A DNA stretch of 63,840 nt, counting the filler, from Pelomyxa schiedti (taxonomy: Eukaryota; Protista; Evosea): the NCBI GenBank assembly GCA_020536535.1. It is 8 parts of 8 records of this genome, joined end to end, with 100 filler letters (N's around TTAATTAATTAA, not from the genome) between each part and the next. Parts side by side here need not be neighbours in the genome. Positions count along the whole stretch, not along the records: positions 1 to 8,321 come from JAHLWZ010001323.1; positions 8,422 to 26,871 come from JAHLWZ010001118.1; 6 more parts are not named here. One strand, written 5' to 3'. Positions 1-11,666 of this stretch are shown piece after piece (position 1 is the first letter of the stretch; each line of letters opens with the position of its first letter). The position numbers and the translations under genes were made by a program. The notes beneath the pieces are model-generated. The model saw nothing but the letters and a program-made list of their open reading frames with translations, searched no databases and was not told the origin of the DNA.

Positions 1-120
1 CTCGCACCAGCACTGGCGCACCCACAAGGCACCACATCAGATGAGGAGCTTATTGCTGTGATTGACGAACTGACAGGTGTGACACTGTGCCTGTGCCCTG
101 CTGCTTCAACTTGGTACTAG
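1..120 (+). CDS. C-terminal fragment of lineage-specific family 1 protein (partial, 5' end outside window)
   Basis: Frame 1 reads LAHPQGTTSDEELIAVIDELTGVTLCLCPAASTWY*, matching the C-terminus of 6108-7343 (EVIDELTGITLCLLPA). Confidence 0.7.
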   Translation, partial: LAPALAHPQGTTSDEELIAVIDELTGVTLCLCPAASTWY

Positions 121-306
121 TCGTCGTTTTAGTGCCCAACCAACAAAAGCACGTTTTGTTACAACATGGGTGTTCTCAGAATTCTGAAGCGACTTGCAAC
201 CTCCTGAAAATGGTGTGTGGTGATGTCACAGTGACTGCTCCTCTTCAGGAAGAAGTAAAGAAAATGTCACACCACTCAAAACTGGGTGTGATGTGATCAG
301 AAGTCG

Positions 307-645
307 ATGGGCAAATTTACCTCGTGTGCCTTTGCAGTGAGCCTCAGGACAGGGGAGAAGACCTGCAGGCTGTTTGGTGACTGCATGCGAATGCAGGTCG
401 ACAAGGCCAGCAACCAGCTGGTGCGGACTGGCCCGGACGCCATCAAATTCTACAACGTGTTCACAGGCAAGGAGTGCCACGAGATACCAACTGAAAGATT
501 CCAGACACTCCTGGATCGTGGGTTGATCCTCAAGCCTGTACTGGCACACCCACACCGAGGCACTTCAGAAAAGCTCGTGGCAGTGATTGACGAACAAACA
601 GGTGTGACACTGTGCCTGTGCCCTGCCACATCAAGTTTATTTTAG
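307..645 (+). pseudogene. Truncated tandem copy of family 1 (C-terminal ~110 aa only)
   Basis: AVSLRTG...FYNVFTGKECHEIPT...QTLLDRGLILKP...VIDEQTGVTLCLCPA aligns with the last third of 6108-7343. In-frame TGA at 289-291 upstream; no N-terminal motif found. Confidence 0.55.
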
Positions 646-753
646 GCTCGAAAATAAAACAGTTCATCTACTTCGAAGTTTCAATCAAAAGTGGCGTGGT
701 TACATCAAAAAGAAGGAAAGGGTCATAATTCTTTGACTGGCACACGGACGGAT

Positions 754-3700
754 TTAGGACCTATTGTCCTGGCCAGGGTACATCGCCTTCCGCATGGAGA
801 GTAGTTTGCGTTGCGCTGAGTGCAGTTCCTTCTCGAGCTTGATTATCAACATTTGTTGCTCCATTTCCTTTATTTTGAACTGGTGTGGCTTCATCGGGCC
901 CACTTCCTCCTCTTCCTGTACCAATGTGTTAGATAAAAATGTTACCACCGGTATTACTAAGTTGCTTTACCTTTTCGCGGGCGGAAGCAATTGCATTAGC
1001 GGCAGCAACGAGGAGTGCAGTTGCTTGCGATACACCTTTGGCCGCGTTCTCTACGCGCTCTTGTGAAGGACTGAGGAGAGTGGCTTTTGACCTTGGTGGA
1101 ATCAGTATCAAAGAACTACAAGGAATTGTATTGTACCTTGTGGCAGCAACAAGTTGGGCTGTTGAGGCAGCTACCCGTTTTGAGGCGGCCAGCAGGCCTT
1201 CCTGAGCCATATCGGTGTTACCCGATGCGGCGTTGTTCGCTGCGGAAACTAACACGTTAGTTGCCTCAGCAACAGCTTTTCCGGCACTAATCAAGCCCTC
1301 GGCCTGTTGGTAAAATAAGAAAGTATTACTTCAGGGAGAAGAGTTGTACCCAGGTAGCATTCACAACATAGGGAGTGATGTGGGACATTGCCTTGCCTCT
1401 GGCTACACGGTCTCTCTGTGCCTCTGCGGCTGCGGCAACAAGAAGGCTTGTAGCCTGACTTATGGCAATGGCCGCTTCCAAAATGGTGTCATTCACATCG
1501 ATTTGACCGGGCTGTGGAAGGTTATAACAAGCCGAACGTAATGGGGTATGGACCTTAGCCTTTGGCTTTCTAGACATCGCCTCAGCTAGTTGTTTAGCAA
1601 GTGCCTCGATAGTGTGTGCTGCTGCCAACAACTCCCGCTCAGCAAGGTCATCAATGTTAGTACTGAGTTATGTCATGCAATGAACTTGCAGCTACAGTAA
1701 CATACTTATCAGTTTGTACAACCCTGGCTTGTTCCGCCACAGAAACGGCTTGTGTGAATTTGTTGCAACGAGTAGAAATGAGGGATGCTGCCACCTCAGC
1801 TTCTTCTACGCCGCCCTGCATTAAACCAACAGAGACAAAAGCCCTCACCGCTTCACCAATTCCTGATGCTGCTTGTATGACATTGGTTTGGTGTGTTACC
1901 TCCTGTATTAGAATTAAAAATAGGAAATTTGAACTGGAAAGATTTACTTTGAGGCCACGAGAATATCCTTTGGAATCAAGCATGAGATTGTAATTTTCCC
2001 GAGAAACACCAACTGCCGCATTCTGAAGCTCGGCAGTTTCAGGGTTGCCAAGGTTTTTACCAAAAGCAGTTACATGCTAAAAAGAAGGTTATAGAGAATA
2101 AACTCTTGGGATTGGTACTTGAAGAAGCTTGGTGATGTCATTCGTCAATTCAGTTTGGGAAGCATCAGAGTTACCATTATTAGAAGGATCATTTAAGGCA
2201 CTAAGTCCCTTCTCAACATCCAGTAATGCTTGATTGACAAAGGCAACTGGGGTGCCGTTAGTGTGCATATGTGTCTGCTTTGGAAGTACTTGTTTTGTTC
2301 CATCGTTCCTTTGCTTGAGCTTCTTTTAACGCTGCCAATTGGGCTTGTAGGTCAGCCAGTTGAGCCTGCAAATCATTGTTTTGGGCTACCAGAGAAAGGT
2401 TTTGCGTGGTAAGTGATTCTGCATGAGTATTGCTTTCCCGGGATGCAGTTTCTAGTGTGACACAGCGAGATTCTGCTTTCTCAGCACGTGAAACTACTTC
2501 TGCAAATTGTCTATCGGAATTTCGCTTCTGTTCTTGGAGTTGGTCATGGGAGGACTGCTGGAGGGCCCGAAGTTGCGCTGCTAGTTGAGCATGTTGAGTT
2601 GTTAGAGCCTCAAGTTTAGTATTAGTAGCCAAATTGGATTGCTCGGCTTGTTCACATTGCCTCTGAAGCTGAGATACCTTGTCTTGGAGATGTAAGAAAA
2701 AGAATAGAAAGAAGGGGAGGACTTGAAGCCTCAGCAAGTTGGGCAGTGAGTGTGGCAACGTTATGTCTTTCGGAAAGAAGAAGCTTTTCCATGTCTCTTA
2801 AAGTGCTTTCTGTTCAAAGGTAAGCCCACATATTACTGCTACCAGAATACCCAGAGGCGTTTTTTCATCAACAACGGTTTGAAGAAGTTGACTGCGTTTT
2901 CTTTCATATTCCAGTTGTTCCAGCAACTCCTTTCCTTTACTCTATTTTCCCTGTCAACATCACTTGTAAGACCCCTCTGAGATTACCTGCTCTGTGTTAA
3001 GAGCGTCTTTGAGGTTCGATATTTCCAATTGAATTTTCATATCGGAATTATGGGCAATTTCTAATTCCGATGCCATTTGTTGAATTCTTACCTATAACGA
3101 AATTTAGCCAAGATGATAAAGACGGTATACCTCTTGTGATTTTATCAATTCTTTGTTTTGTCCATTTTCAAGTTGCAGTTGTGAGTACAACTGTTTTTCT
3201 TTTTCCAATGAGTCAGTTGTCTCTTTAATTTTTGTCTGAAAGTCCTTTCAGGAAAGAGCAAATATAAAATCATACTACCTGTTGTTTATTGATAGTTTCT
3301 TTCAGCTGCGTAATTTCCGCCTCTAAATTTCGTATTTTAGTTTCCAACTCCGCAATAATTCCCTGCAAACCGTTGACGAAAGAGAAGAACTGAGTGAGGA
3401 TCTTATACTTGTAACCTAGTGATCTCTTTCGTGTCAACGATAGTGTTGGTTATGACCTTCTGAATCACTTTTACAGGTTGAGCTGGTTCGGGTTTGGGTG
3501 GGGCCGGCTGCGGAGTTACAGGGGTAGTTGGCAAAGGCGGGTTGGAGGGAGTTCGTTTTCTTCTGGATAGTGTTAGCCTAAGAAGGAATGTTTGTGGCTT
3601 ACGAAAATAAATTAGCAAAGAACTCGTTTGTCTCAGCAACTGAATCGGGTTCTATTGAAATGAGTTGGTGCAAGGGAGAGTAGGAGAGCGTTACTTTTTT

Positions 3701-5268
3701 CAGGAGTGGAAAATAAAGACTCCTGAGACGAGAATGTGACCCATTGGTTTGCTAGGTAGGGTTAAAAGCAGAAAAACGAAAAAAAGAAAAGAACTTGGAG
3801 GAGCAGGCTTGTTAACGGGAGCCGTGACTAACGACGGAGAGGTATTGGACCGCATCACAGATTGTATCGGAACAGGGGCTGGAACTACCTGTGGCATAGG
3901 TGGAGGAGGGGCTGGAGCCGGTGTAGGGATGGGAGTTGGAGTTGTAGGTGGAGTCGTATGTGGTGTAGTTGGTTTGGCTGGCTTTGCTTTAAATGGGTAG
4001 ATAGGCTTAAGCTGTGGTGGCTCCTGTTCGATAAAGTATTAGAAATGAAAATGCACTATGCAGAAGTGTGCCTCTGGAAGCGACGGGACGAAGGTCAGAG
4101 AAGTAATGAATCGAATGAATGAACACTCTGTGTAGAACCCACGAAGACGGAAATGAGTGGTGATAAAACGACTTGCTACAGTATCAACTTGGGGGGTGTC
4201 CTCCTCTAGAATATTTTTATACACAGAAATTGGTTGATCGGACTACTTTTATAAAGATACTGCAGTAGACTTTTTGTATAGTTGTAAGCATTCCACTCAT
4301 CAGCGATAAATGGGATCAGGGGTGCGAGTTTACATTCATTGACGTGATTTGGATCAACACCACGTACAATTCGTTCAGCAAAAGTAATTCCAAGCTCCTA
4401 AAAATAGATAAGTGGAGAGTAAGTCATATTTCTTATTCACCATGAACTCCAAAACTTCTTGAACAGTGACTAGGCTAGGAAATTTGGTTGGGTAAAGAAA
4501 ATTTGTCAGGAGGCATACCCCACAGCTACATCAATCCTGGCAGTGCCATCCATAAAACGATCAACAGAAAAGTTTCCTTTTAAACTGCAAAATGTCAGAT
4601 ATGGAATGATATAGAGAACAAGTACTCGGGGTATTGATCGTGAAGAACAAGTTTCTTTCTCAAAAATGCGGCATATTCTCGAATGACTGGTCCGAAACCT
4701 GGAAACAATCAATAAGTGAACCAAAAGTCAATGGAACAACCTTTGTCATCTCGTGAACTGTAGTCCGCAGCTATCTGAGTCATCCAATTTGGATGACAGT
4801 ACTGTGGTTTGAGGCACTACAAGGGCAGAAATACTGGTGAGATACAACAAAAAGTACACTGTCGAGAAGCATACAGCAGGAGAGCCATTTATAAACAAAT
4901 TGTGGATCGTAATCAAAGCTTTTAAGGGAGGAACAGGAGACTTATCCGGTGTAAGTTTCTGAGACAGCTCGTGCATTATAACCGCCACAATTCCCTCACT
5001 TTCATGTGACTTTATAATGAGTTCTATTGGTTATCCCTTAATCCAAAACAATTGAATTGTTTGACAATGAAAGATTAAAAACCAAGAAACGAGAAACGAT
5101 GTTAAAAAACAGGTAAAAGTATATATAAAAAAAAAAAAAAAGGTGGTGGGAAAGTAAAAAAAAAAGTTACATACGCCTGACGTGCTTTGCCTTTGGTGGT
5201 GACACTGACGTGGTCGTGGCCTTGTTTGTGGCCGACATCACGCTCTTGAGCACCTCCGTGTCAATCAT
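754..5268 (-). CDS. HIP1/SLA2: HIP1/Sla2-like endocytic adaptor (ANTH + coiled coil + I/LWEQ), multi-exon
   Basis: Exon 1 MIDTEVLKSVMSATNKATTTSVSPPKAKHVR and KALITIHNLFINGSPAV (ANTH); coiled coil at 2258-2758; I/LWEQ segments ILEAAIAISQATSLLVAAA, LLAASKRVAASTAQLVAA, KIKEMEQQMLIIKLEKEL. Confidence 0.9.
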
Positions 5269-5429
5269 GATTATGGGTCGTTATGCCTCGAGGGATCCCT
5301 TCGGTCTCGATGTTTGTGGCACGGCAGCACAGCTGCTTGGTTGTTTTGTGTTTGTTTTTTGATTTGTATTTTTTGCTTCAAGCAACAAAGGAAAAACCCT
5401 TGTTACTGTGAATGGGTCTTTCGCCGTGA

Positions 5430-6065
5430 TCCGCGAAAATCGTTAGTAGAAATGTGTGCACGCGAAGTCAGCCCTGGCACCCCATATTTCCTGAGGCATG
5501 TTCATCTTCACCCTTGGATTCGCTTTCTCCCCCAAAGCAGCAGCACCACCGGCAGCATCGTCTTGGATGCGGCAAATTGACACTTATTTCCCCCAAGCTC
5601 TGGGAGCGACGTATCCCTGCGTTGGAGACAGGATCTCTGCCTGTATCGGCGACACCTTCATCCCTCCAACACCGGCGCCCTCTTTCGCGAAGTCCACGAC
5701 CTGCAGGTGGTCCACGGCGCCGTTCTCGTTGTAGGGATCGAAGTGGTGCGTGAGGATGCTGTCGCAGCCCAGGTGGCAGATAAACGTGTGGTCGCTGGTC
5801 CACCACCCGCCGGCATCGTCGGCGCCGACGATCCCGAGCGTGTGGCTGACGGAAACGACGACGTGGTGTGGGGGATGCGATGCGCTCCAGACAATGAAAC
5901 GACGGACGGGAGAGAGCACCCAACGCTCGCCGATGGACCTCGTCACCAAGTCGTTTGTGAGGAGCGAGGCGTCTGCGACGGGATTGTGGGTGCTGGTGGT
6001 GTCGGGCACAGTGCGAGACACAACGCAATGAATTGCTCCTTGGTGTCGATCACACGTTCGATCAT
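5430..6065 (-). pseudogene. Disrupted family 1 paralog
   Basis: MIERVIDTKEQFIALCLALCPTPPAPT, then a frameshift near 5965 into LTNDLVTRSIGERWVLSPVRRFIV...PRAWGK, then TAA at 5584-5586. Homology resumes (VSICRIQD vs MSIYQIQG) and fades; left end approximate. Confidence 0.7.
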
Positions 6066-6107
6066 TGCTTTGGAAGTTTCGAGTTGCTCAGTGAAAACTT
6101 TGAAGGG

Positions 6108-7343
6108 CTAAAAGAAAACCACTTTGTGTGTGGCAGGCAGCAGGCACAGGGTAATGCCTGTCAGTTCGTCAATCACCTCCACTGGCGAATCTGAGGTTCC
6201 ATGTTGGTCTGAGTTGACATGTGCCAAGGGCTTGAGGAACAGACCACGATCCAGGAGTGTCTGGGGTAGGTCAGTTGGCACCTCGTTGCACAAATTGCCT
6301 GTGAAGACGTTGTAGAATCCAACACCAGCCCCGAGCAGAACCAGGTGCTCATTTGCCTTTTTGACCTGTGCACAGTTTTCACGCAGCTTGATCTGTTTGC
6401 CTGTTATGGGGCTCACTGCGACGGCAGTGGATAAGTACGGTATTTCCGTGGCATACTCCTCGTACACAACCCTTGCCTCACCACTTTCGTCGTCCATGAA
6501 CAGGGAGTGGCAATTGGCTCTAGGTGGAATTTCGCACCTGGGCCCTGCCTTCACCACCACCATTGACGATGTTGAGAAGCTCTTGGCCAGGTCAACAGTC
6601 AAGACCCCCCTGGCACGCGTGGCTAGTATCACCAGCACCGAGGCCTCGTCGCCAAAGCCAATGAGTCCAGGCTCATTGTGGGAGAACACAACATCAACAA
6701 CCTGGGCACCCATTTCATTTGGCACATTCACCCACGTGCCGGTGGATTTCGCTTTCGCTTTTGCTTTTGCTTTTGCTGTTGCCAACGATGCGGAAACACC
6801 CACCCCCTCCACCACAGCACTTCCTTGGATCTGGTAGATTGACATAATGCCTGATGCAGCGACCAAACTCACGGCCCACTTGTGGTTCCCCCAAGCCCGG
6901 GGCAGCAGGAGGCTCTGCAGTATGGTTGTCGCCTTGGTGCAAAGAAGACTGCGGGCACTAAATTCCACGAGCTCCACGTTGTAGTTCACGCGGTCGTGGG
7001 GGCCACGGTAGGTCGTGAGGATCCTGTCGCAGCCCAGCCAGCACGTGAACCTGTGCTTGTTGGTCCACACCAAGTCGGTCTCGTCGGCGCCGATGATGCC
7101 CAGCGTGTGTCCGATGGAGACGACGACCAGGGGAAGCGATTCTCTGGCAACAATGAAACGACGAGCGGGAGTGAGCACCCAGTTCTCACCGATGAGCCTT
7201 ACGACGTCGCTTGTGAGCCGAGGGGGCGCGCTGGAGGCGATTGTGGGTGAAGGTGTGGGTGGAGGGCACAGTGCGGTGCACATTGCCAGGAATTGCTCAC
7301 GGGCATCAAGCACCCGTTCTACTGTGACGTTCCCCTTCTGCAT
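6108..7343 (-). CDS. Family 1 hypothetical protein, intronless (~411 aa)
   Basis: Single ORF, first ATG at 7343 (MQKGNVTVERVLDAREQF). Family motifs DVVRLIGENWVL, AWGNHKWAV, TVDLAKSF, VIDELTG. Confidence 0.85.
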   Translation of the reverse strand: MQKGNVTVERVLDAREQFLAMCTALCPPPTPSPTIASSAPPRLTSDVVRLIGENWVLTPARRFIVARESLPLVVVSIGHTLGIIGADETDLVWTNKHRFTCWLGCDRILTTYRGPHDRVNYNVELVEFSARSLLCTKATTILQSLLLPRAWGNHKWAVSLVAASGIMSIYQIQGSAVVEGVGVSASLATAKAKAKAKAKSTGTWVNVPNEMGAQVVDVVFSHNEPGLIGFGDEASVLVILATRARGVLTVDLAKSFSTSSMVVVKAGPRCEIPPRANCHSLFMDDESGEARVVYEEYATEIPYLSTAVAVSPITGKQIKLRENCAQVKKANEHLVLLGAGVGFYNVFTGNLCNEVPTDLPQTLLDRGLFLKPLAHVNSDQHGTSDSPVEVIDELTGITLCLLPATHKVVFF

Positions 7344-7474
7344 GCTGATCTGTTTCACTCAAAGCAGATTTTTGATGTTCGAGAACACATCTCACGTCTC
7401 ACTGAATGCCCAGAAGTTGGCCGACACTGTGACTTTTTTCGGGCAGTCACCACCGCACACACAGAAAAAAAAAA

Positions 7475-8321
7475 ATGCAAGGCGGCCGCGCCACCATCCA
7501 ACGTTTGATTGATGCACGGGAGCAAATTTTTGTTGTGTGTCTCGCAGTGCACAACCCAACAAGCGCGTGCGCCATCCTGACAAACGACGTTGTTCGGCTC
7601 ATCGGTGAGCGTTGGGTCCTGACCCCCGTGAGGCGCTTCATCGTCGTCGTGCCCTCCACCAGCAGCTCCGGCGCCGGCCTGTTGCCTCCCACGTCCTTCG
7701 TTGTCTCGATCGGTCCCACAGCGGGAGTCGTCAGGGTCCACGAGACTGACGGTGGGGAAGGACCCTTCCACTACCTCTCGGTGATGTGCTGGCTTGGCTG
7801 CGGAAAGCTGATGCTCCTTAACCTCCGTGACCTGCAGCTCCAGGTTGCGGACGTGACGCAGGGCTGGCTCACACGAGTCCTGGAGCCCCCAGGGGGCGAA
7901 CTGTCTCTAGAAGCGTGGGGAAATCACAAGTGGGCAGTGGCCAGGTGCTCCAGAGGGTTGTACCTTCACTTGCACAACAAGGAGGAGGAAGCTCCTGAGC
8001 TCCGAGGTAATAATAATGACGATGTGAGGTCCTCTGGTTGCGATTCAATGGTGTCAGGAAGCGGCAGTGCAGCGTGGGTGTTGATTGATGCCTTCAAAAA
8101 TGTTAGACAAGCAGATGTTGTGTTCTCGCACACTGTGCCTCGTGATGTCATTGGGGATGGTGACGAGGCATCGGTGCTGGTGTGCATTGACAAAGCTTCG
8201 CTGAAGCTCTTGACTGTGGACCTAGCAAAGAGCTTCTCAAGGGGATCCTTGGTCACCGTGACGGAGGCTTCGCACTGTGGATACTGGCATCCCTTCCTGT
8301 TCATGGATGACCTGGGCCACA
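7475..8321 (+). CDS. Family 1 hypothetical protein, 3' end lost in gap
   Basis: MQGGRATIQRLIDAREQ...DVVRLIGERWVLTPVRRFIV...AWGNHKWAV...DEASVLV...TVDLAKSFSRG; divergent from 6108-7343. Confidence 0.85.
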
Positions 8322-8421
8322 NNNNNNNNNNNNNNNNNNNNNNNNNNNNNNNNNNNNNNNNNNNNTTAATTAATTAANNNNNNNNNNNNNNNNNNNNNNN
8401 NNNNNNNNNNNNNNNNNNNNN
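8322..8421. other. Assembly gap (100 nt, TTAATTAATTAA spacer). Other gaps: 26872-26971, 28212-28311, 41342-41441, 47546-47645, 52278-52377, 58145-58244, 59674-59773, 61317-61416
   Basis: Runs of N. The spacer places stop codons in all frames and is a scaffolding artefact; the gaps at 28212 and 47546 lack it. Confidence 0.95.
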
Positions 8422-8526
8422 TTGTATTACTGTATCTTCTTTATCATCCCAATCCGGCTCTGCAATGATGCCGCCCTTGGACAAAAGCCAAGAGAGTACT
8501 GCTTGCTCCATTTCAGGGACCCAAGC
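8422..8526 (-). repeat. Inverted copy of ~9114-9233 at a contig edge (probable amplification chimera)
   Basis: ttgtattactgtatcttctttatcatcccaatccggc...ggaccctttt is the reverse complement of aaaagggtccag...gatacagtaatacaa with 2 mismatches. Confidence 0.8.
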
Positions 8527-8637
8527 ACGAACTGGACCCTTTTTTTCCTTTTTCTTTGATGTTCAATTCCATTTAATTCCTTCAGAATTGTTGTTGCGGG
8601 AGGGATGCTATGAACTGAACTTATGTAGTAAACAGGG

Positions 8638-11350
8638 TATGGATAGAATGAGGGAGCGACTCCAAGAGATGGAATTGCATGCATCATTCATAACAGAACA
8701 TGTCAACCAACTGGAAACTGCTCTTCAACCTGACTTGGATTTCTCCCTTGCCGACGCAGAGGCTGAAGCTGAAGCCCAGTTTGAAGATGGAGAGGCAGTA
8801 GAGGGTGAAGGATATGACCCATACTATGAAGTTGCAAACCAAGAATTCGTGTTTGATGATGCAGAAGGATGGGCTCAAATGGGAGCAACAGACACCCCAG
8901 CCTTTGATGAAGAAAAAGAACAGAGACGATTGACAAAAAGGCAACAGAGGAAGAGTGCATGGCTCCGGAGGGAGTTTGAGGCCAGGTGGCTCGTGGAAAA
9001 AAGTGTGGAAGATTTTGCAGAGGAATTCATGGGAGACATATGTGGCCTCCCAACTCGTTCCCGAGCTCCAAGGCTGAGGGAGTGGTTATTTGAAGAAGGA
9101 ATGGGGGGAAGCAAAAAGGGTCCAGTTTGTGCTTGGGTCCCTGAAATTGAGCAAGCAGTACTCTCTTGGCTTTTGTCCAAGGGCGGCATCATTGCAGAGC
9201 CGGATTGGGATGATAAAGAAGATACAGTAATACAACAGCCATCACTTGGTATCTGGGCACCTGTTTGCCCTAAGGAACATGAAGTCCAGCACGTTGGGGA
9301 AGCTAAGCCAGAGAATAATGCCATGGCAGAAGCTCTACGTGACACAACTGCTACTCTCGTTCAGCGTAATAAGGAGATCCAGCAGCTTAATAAGGAGATT
9401 CAACAACTGCAAAGCCAACTATCTGTTGCTTTGTCCAGTGCCGTAGAGAAGCAACAGAGCACTGAGGATTCTCAAAAGGCGCAGCAAACATCCGTGACCT
9501 TACGTTCCATTGTGGCCAGCTGGACAGGAGGTGTGGATGAAGTGGCTGATGCTGTTATGAGTGAAATTGGAAACTCCTCCTTTCCACCTCGCAGCAGACA
9601 CGCTCGGTTCCGTAACTGGGTGCAAACAGGCTCCTGCTTTGGTTGGGAAGTTCAGATAGAGGATGCTGTAAAGCATTGGGCAGAGGGAGTTGGTATTGAC
9701 TTTGAAGAAATAACCTCTCAGCGTTGCTGTGCTGCAGCTGAGACACCACTACATACTATTGTATGTCTATTGGTGCAGGAGATAAAACTAAGAAAAAACC
9801 CACATAGATTTTCAAAAATCCACAGCAAGATTCCATTGCTGCCCTAGAAGCAGAAAATATTGCTCTGAAAAAAAGAATAGCTGAATTGGAGCTTGAGAGA
9901 ATTCATCCAATCGATAATGCCAAAAAGGTAGTACAGGAGGGCCAGTTGGAAGTAGGGAAGGCAATAGGCGTCCACGAAGTCAATGTAAGTCTCTTCCTAA
10001 TATGAACTCATTGCACATCCTGAAATGTAAAAGGAACTTACTGTGGAATCCCTTCTGGGTCAAGTGAAAGATCTACAGCAGCAGCTTTGCCAGAGTCAGG
10101 AAGAGAACAAAGAGTTGGCCAAACAATTAGAAGAGAGAAACAGTGTGGACGAAATAAAGGCTCAGAAAGAGCTGGAGCAAGCACATGATCTGCACTCTAC
10201 GGTTCTCAGAGAAATTGTGAACAACGAGTGGCTCACAAAGCACACATTGGAAGAATTTGTTGCGGAGCACATGTCTGGTGCTACGGGAATCCCCCAAAGG
10301 AGTAAAGTGGCTCGGTTCAGACAATGGATGCAAGGTGGGTGTTCTGGATGTGAAGAGGTGATAGAATTATGTGTGGAGCAGTGGCTTAAGAGCGAGGGAA
10401 TGGAAATCGAAGTTACTGGCCAAAATAAAGAAGTTACTGTCAATGTGGTGTGTATAACCGCTCCTATTTTTTTTTTCCCTTACTCAAGTAGGTTTGCGTA
10501 CCTGTTACACAAGGCAATGAAATTGTCAAGACACATCCAATTGTTCACGAGTCTCACAGTGCGCCTTCTGACGTGGTTCAGACACAGGAAATGGAAGAAA
10601 TACAAGAAGAGCTCTCGACCTTGCGTGGTATTATAGCCAAAAATGAAGACAAGAAGCAGAAAAGGCGAAAAGCAACTCACTCTGCTAAATTGCGTCAGCT
10701 GGTTCGAGATACTTGGCTCCCAAAATTCTCGCAAGAAGAATTCGCTGACGAAATTATGGTTTGTGTGCCAGCAATCCCCGAGAGGAGTCGCAGGGCGCGT
10801 CTTAGGTATCTCCAACCTTTCTCATTTGATTCCAACGAAATTCAAGGGAATGGCTGGAGGGTAAGCCCTCAATATGGGAAAATGAAATTGAAGCAACTGT
10901 GCAAACATTCCTCGAAGTTAAGGGATTGTACAATTCTGAAGAGGAGGTTCTTTCCTCCAATGACTTCTCTCATGCTTATCCCAACAATCGAACAAAAACA
11001 GGGTGAAACCGTCCCTCTACCACCAGTGCACCCGGTAATGACTTGCCAGCCAGTCAATAAATACGAGCAAGAAGACCTCAAGGAACAGTGTCAACTACTA
11101 TCCACTGCTAACAAGGAGCTGTCATCACACTTGTCTTACCTGGTGTGTAGTAAACTCTGTCCTATGATTTGCTTGACCTTACAACACTACAGGAAGGGGA
11201 CCAAAAATCCCTCCAGCAAGACCTTGAGGACATCAAATTCCGGTACTTCCAGTCCCTCGTTCTCTCCTTCAAGCTGCAAGGAATGTATGAACCTATTTAT
11301 TTAGCTCAACCACCCTTCTCAGCCCATCACACAATAACATACCACACCCA
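8638..11350 (+). CDS. Hypothetical coiled-coil protein with four copies of an unrecognised ~70-aa domain, multi-exon; end approximate
   Basis: Long ORFs 8465-9847, 10043-10636 and 10573-11304. Repeat W...EEF.EE.M...IP.RS..ARFR.W...IE..V..W...G alternates with heptad-rich segments. Confidence 0.7.
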
Positions 11351-11666
11351 CATCTATCTACTTTTCCCAACATTAATAGGCACTTGTCCCACCTCATTGG
11401 TGAACTGTATGAAACGGCACAAAGCCAATGCTTTGACTACACCCAGTATGAATCATTCCTTTGCTCCCTCCTTGCCAGCTGATAGGCTTTCTATTCCCAA
11501 CCTTTCTCTGTATGTTCCATCAGTTTTACAAACAAAACAAAAACCACACAGCCTTTGTTTCGTTCAGTAATTTCGAGTAGAACCCCTGACACACCGAACG
11601 GGTGTCTTTCATTGTTCTATCATTTGATTCGAGATTGAATCGAGGGGATAATTAAAAAAAAAAAAA

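Noticed and set aside
5468-7512. Many overlapping long ORFs on both strands (also 44046-45029 and 55487-56565)
   Set aside because: Shadow ORFs of GC-rich or low-complexity coding sequence; only one frame carries family motifs.
8367-8378. TTAATTAATTAA recurring seven times
   Set aside because: Always centred in N runs; a scaffolding spacer, not a biological repeat or CRISPR-like array.
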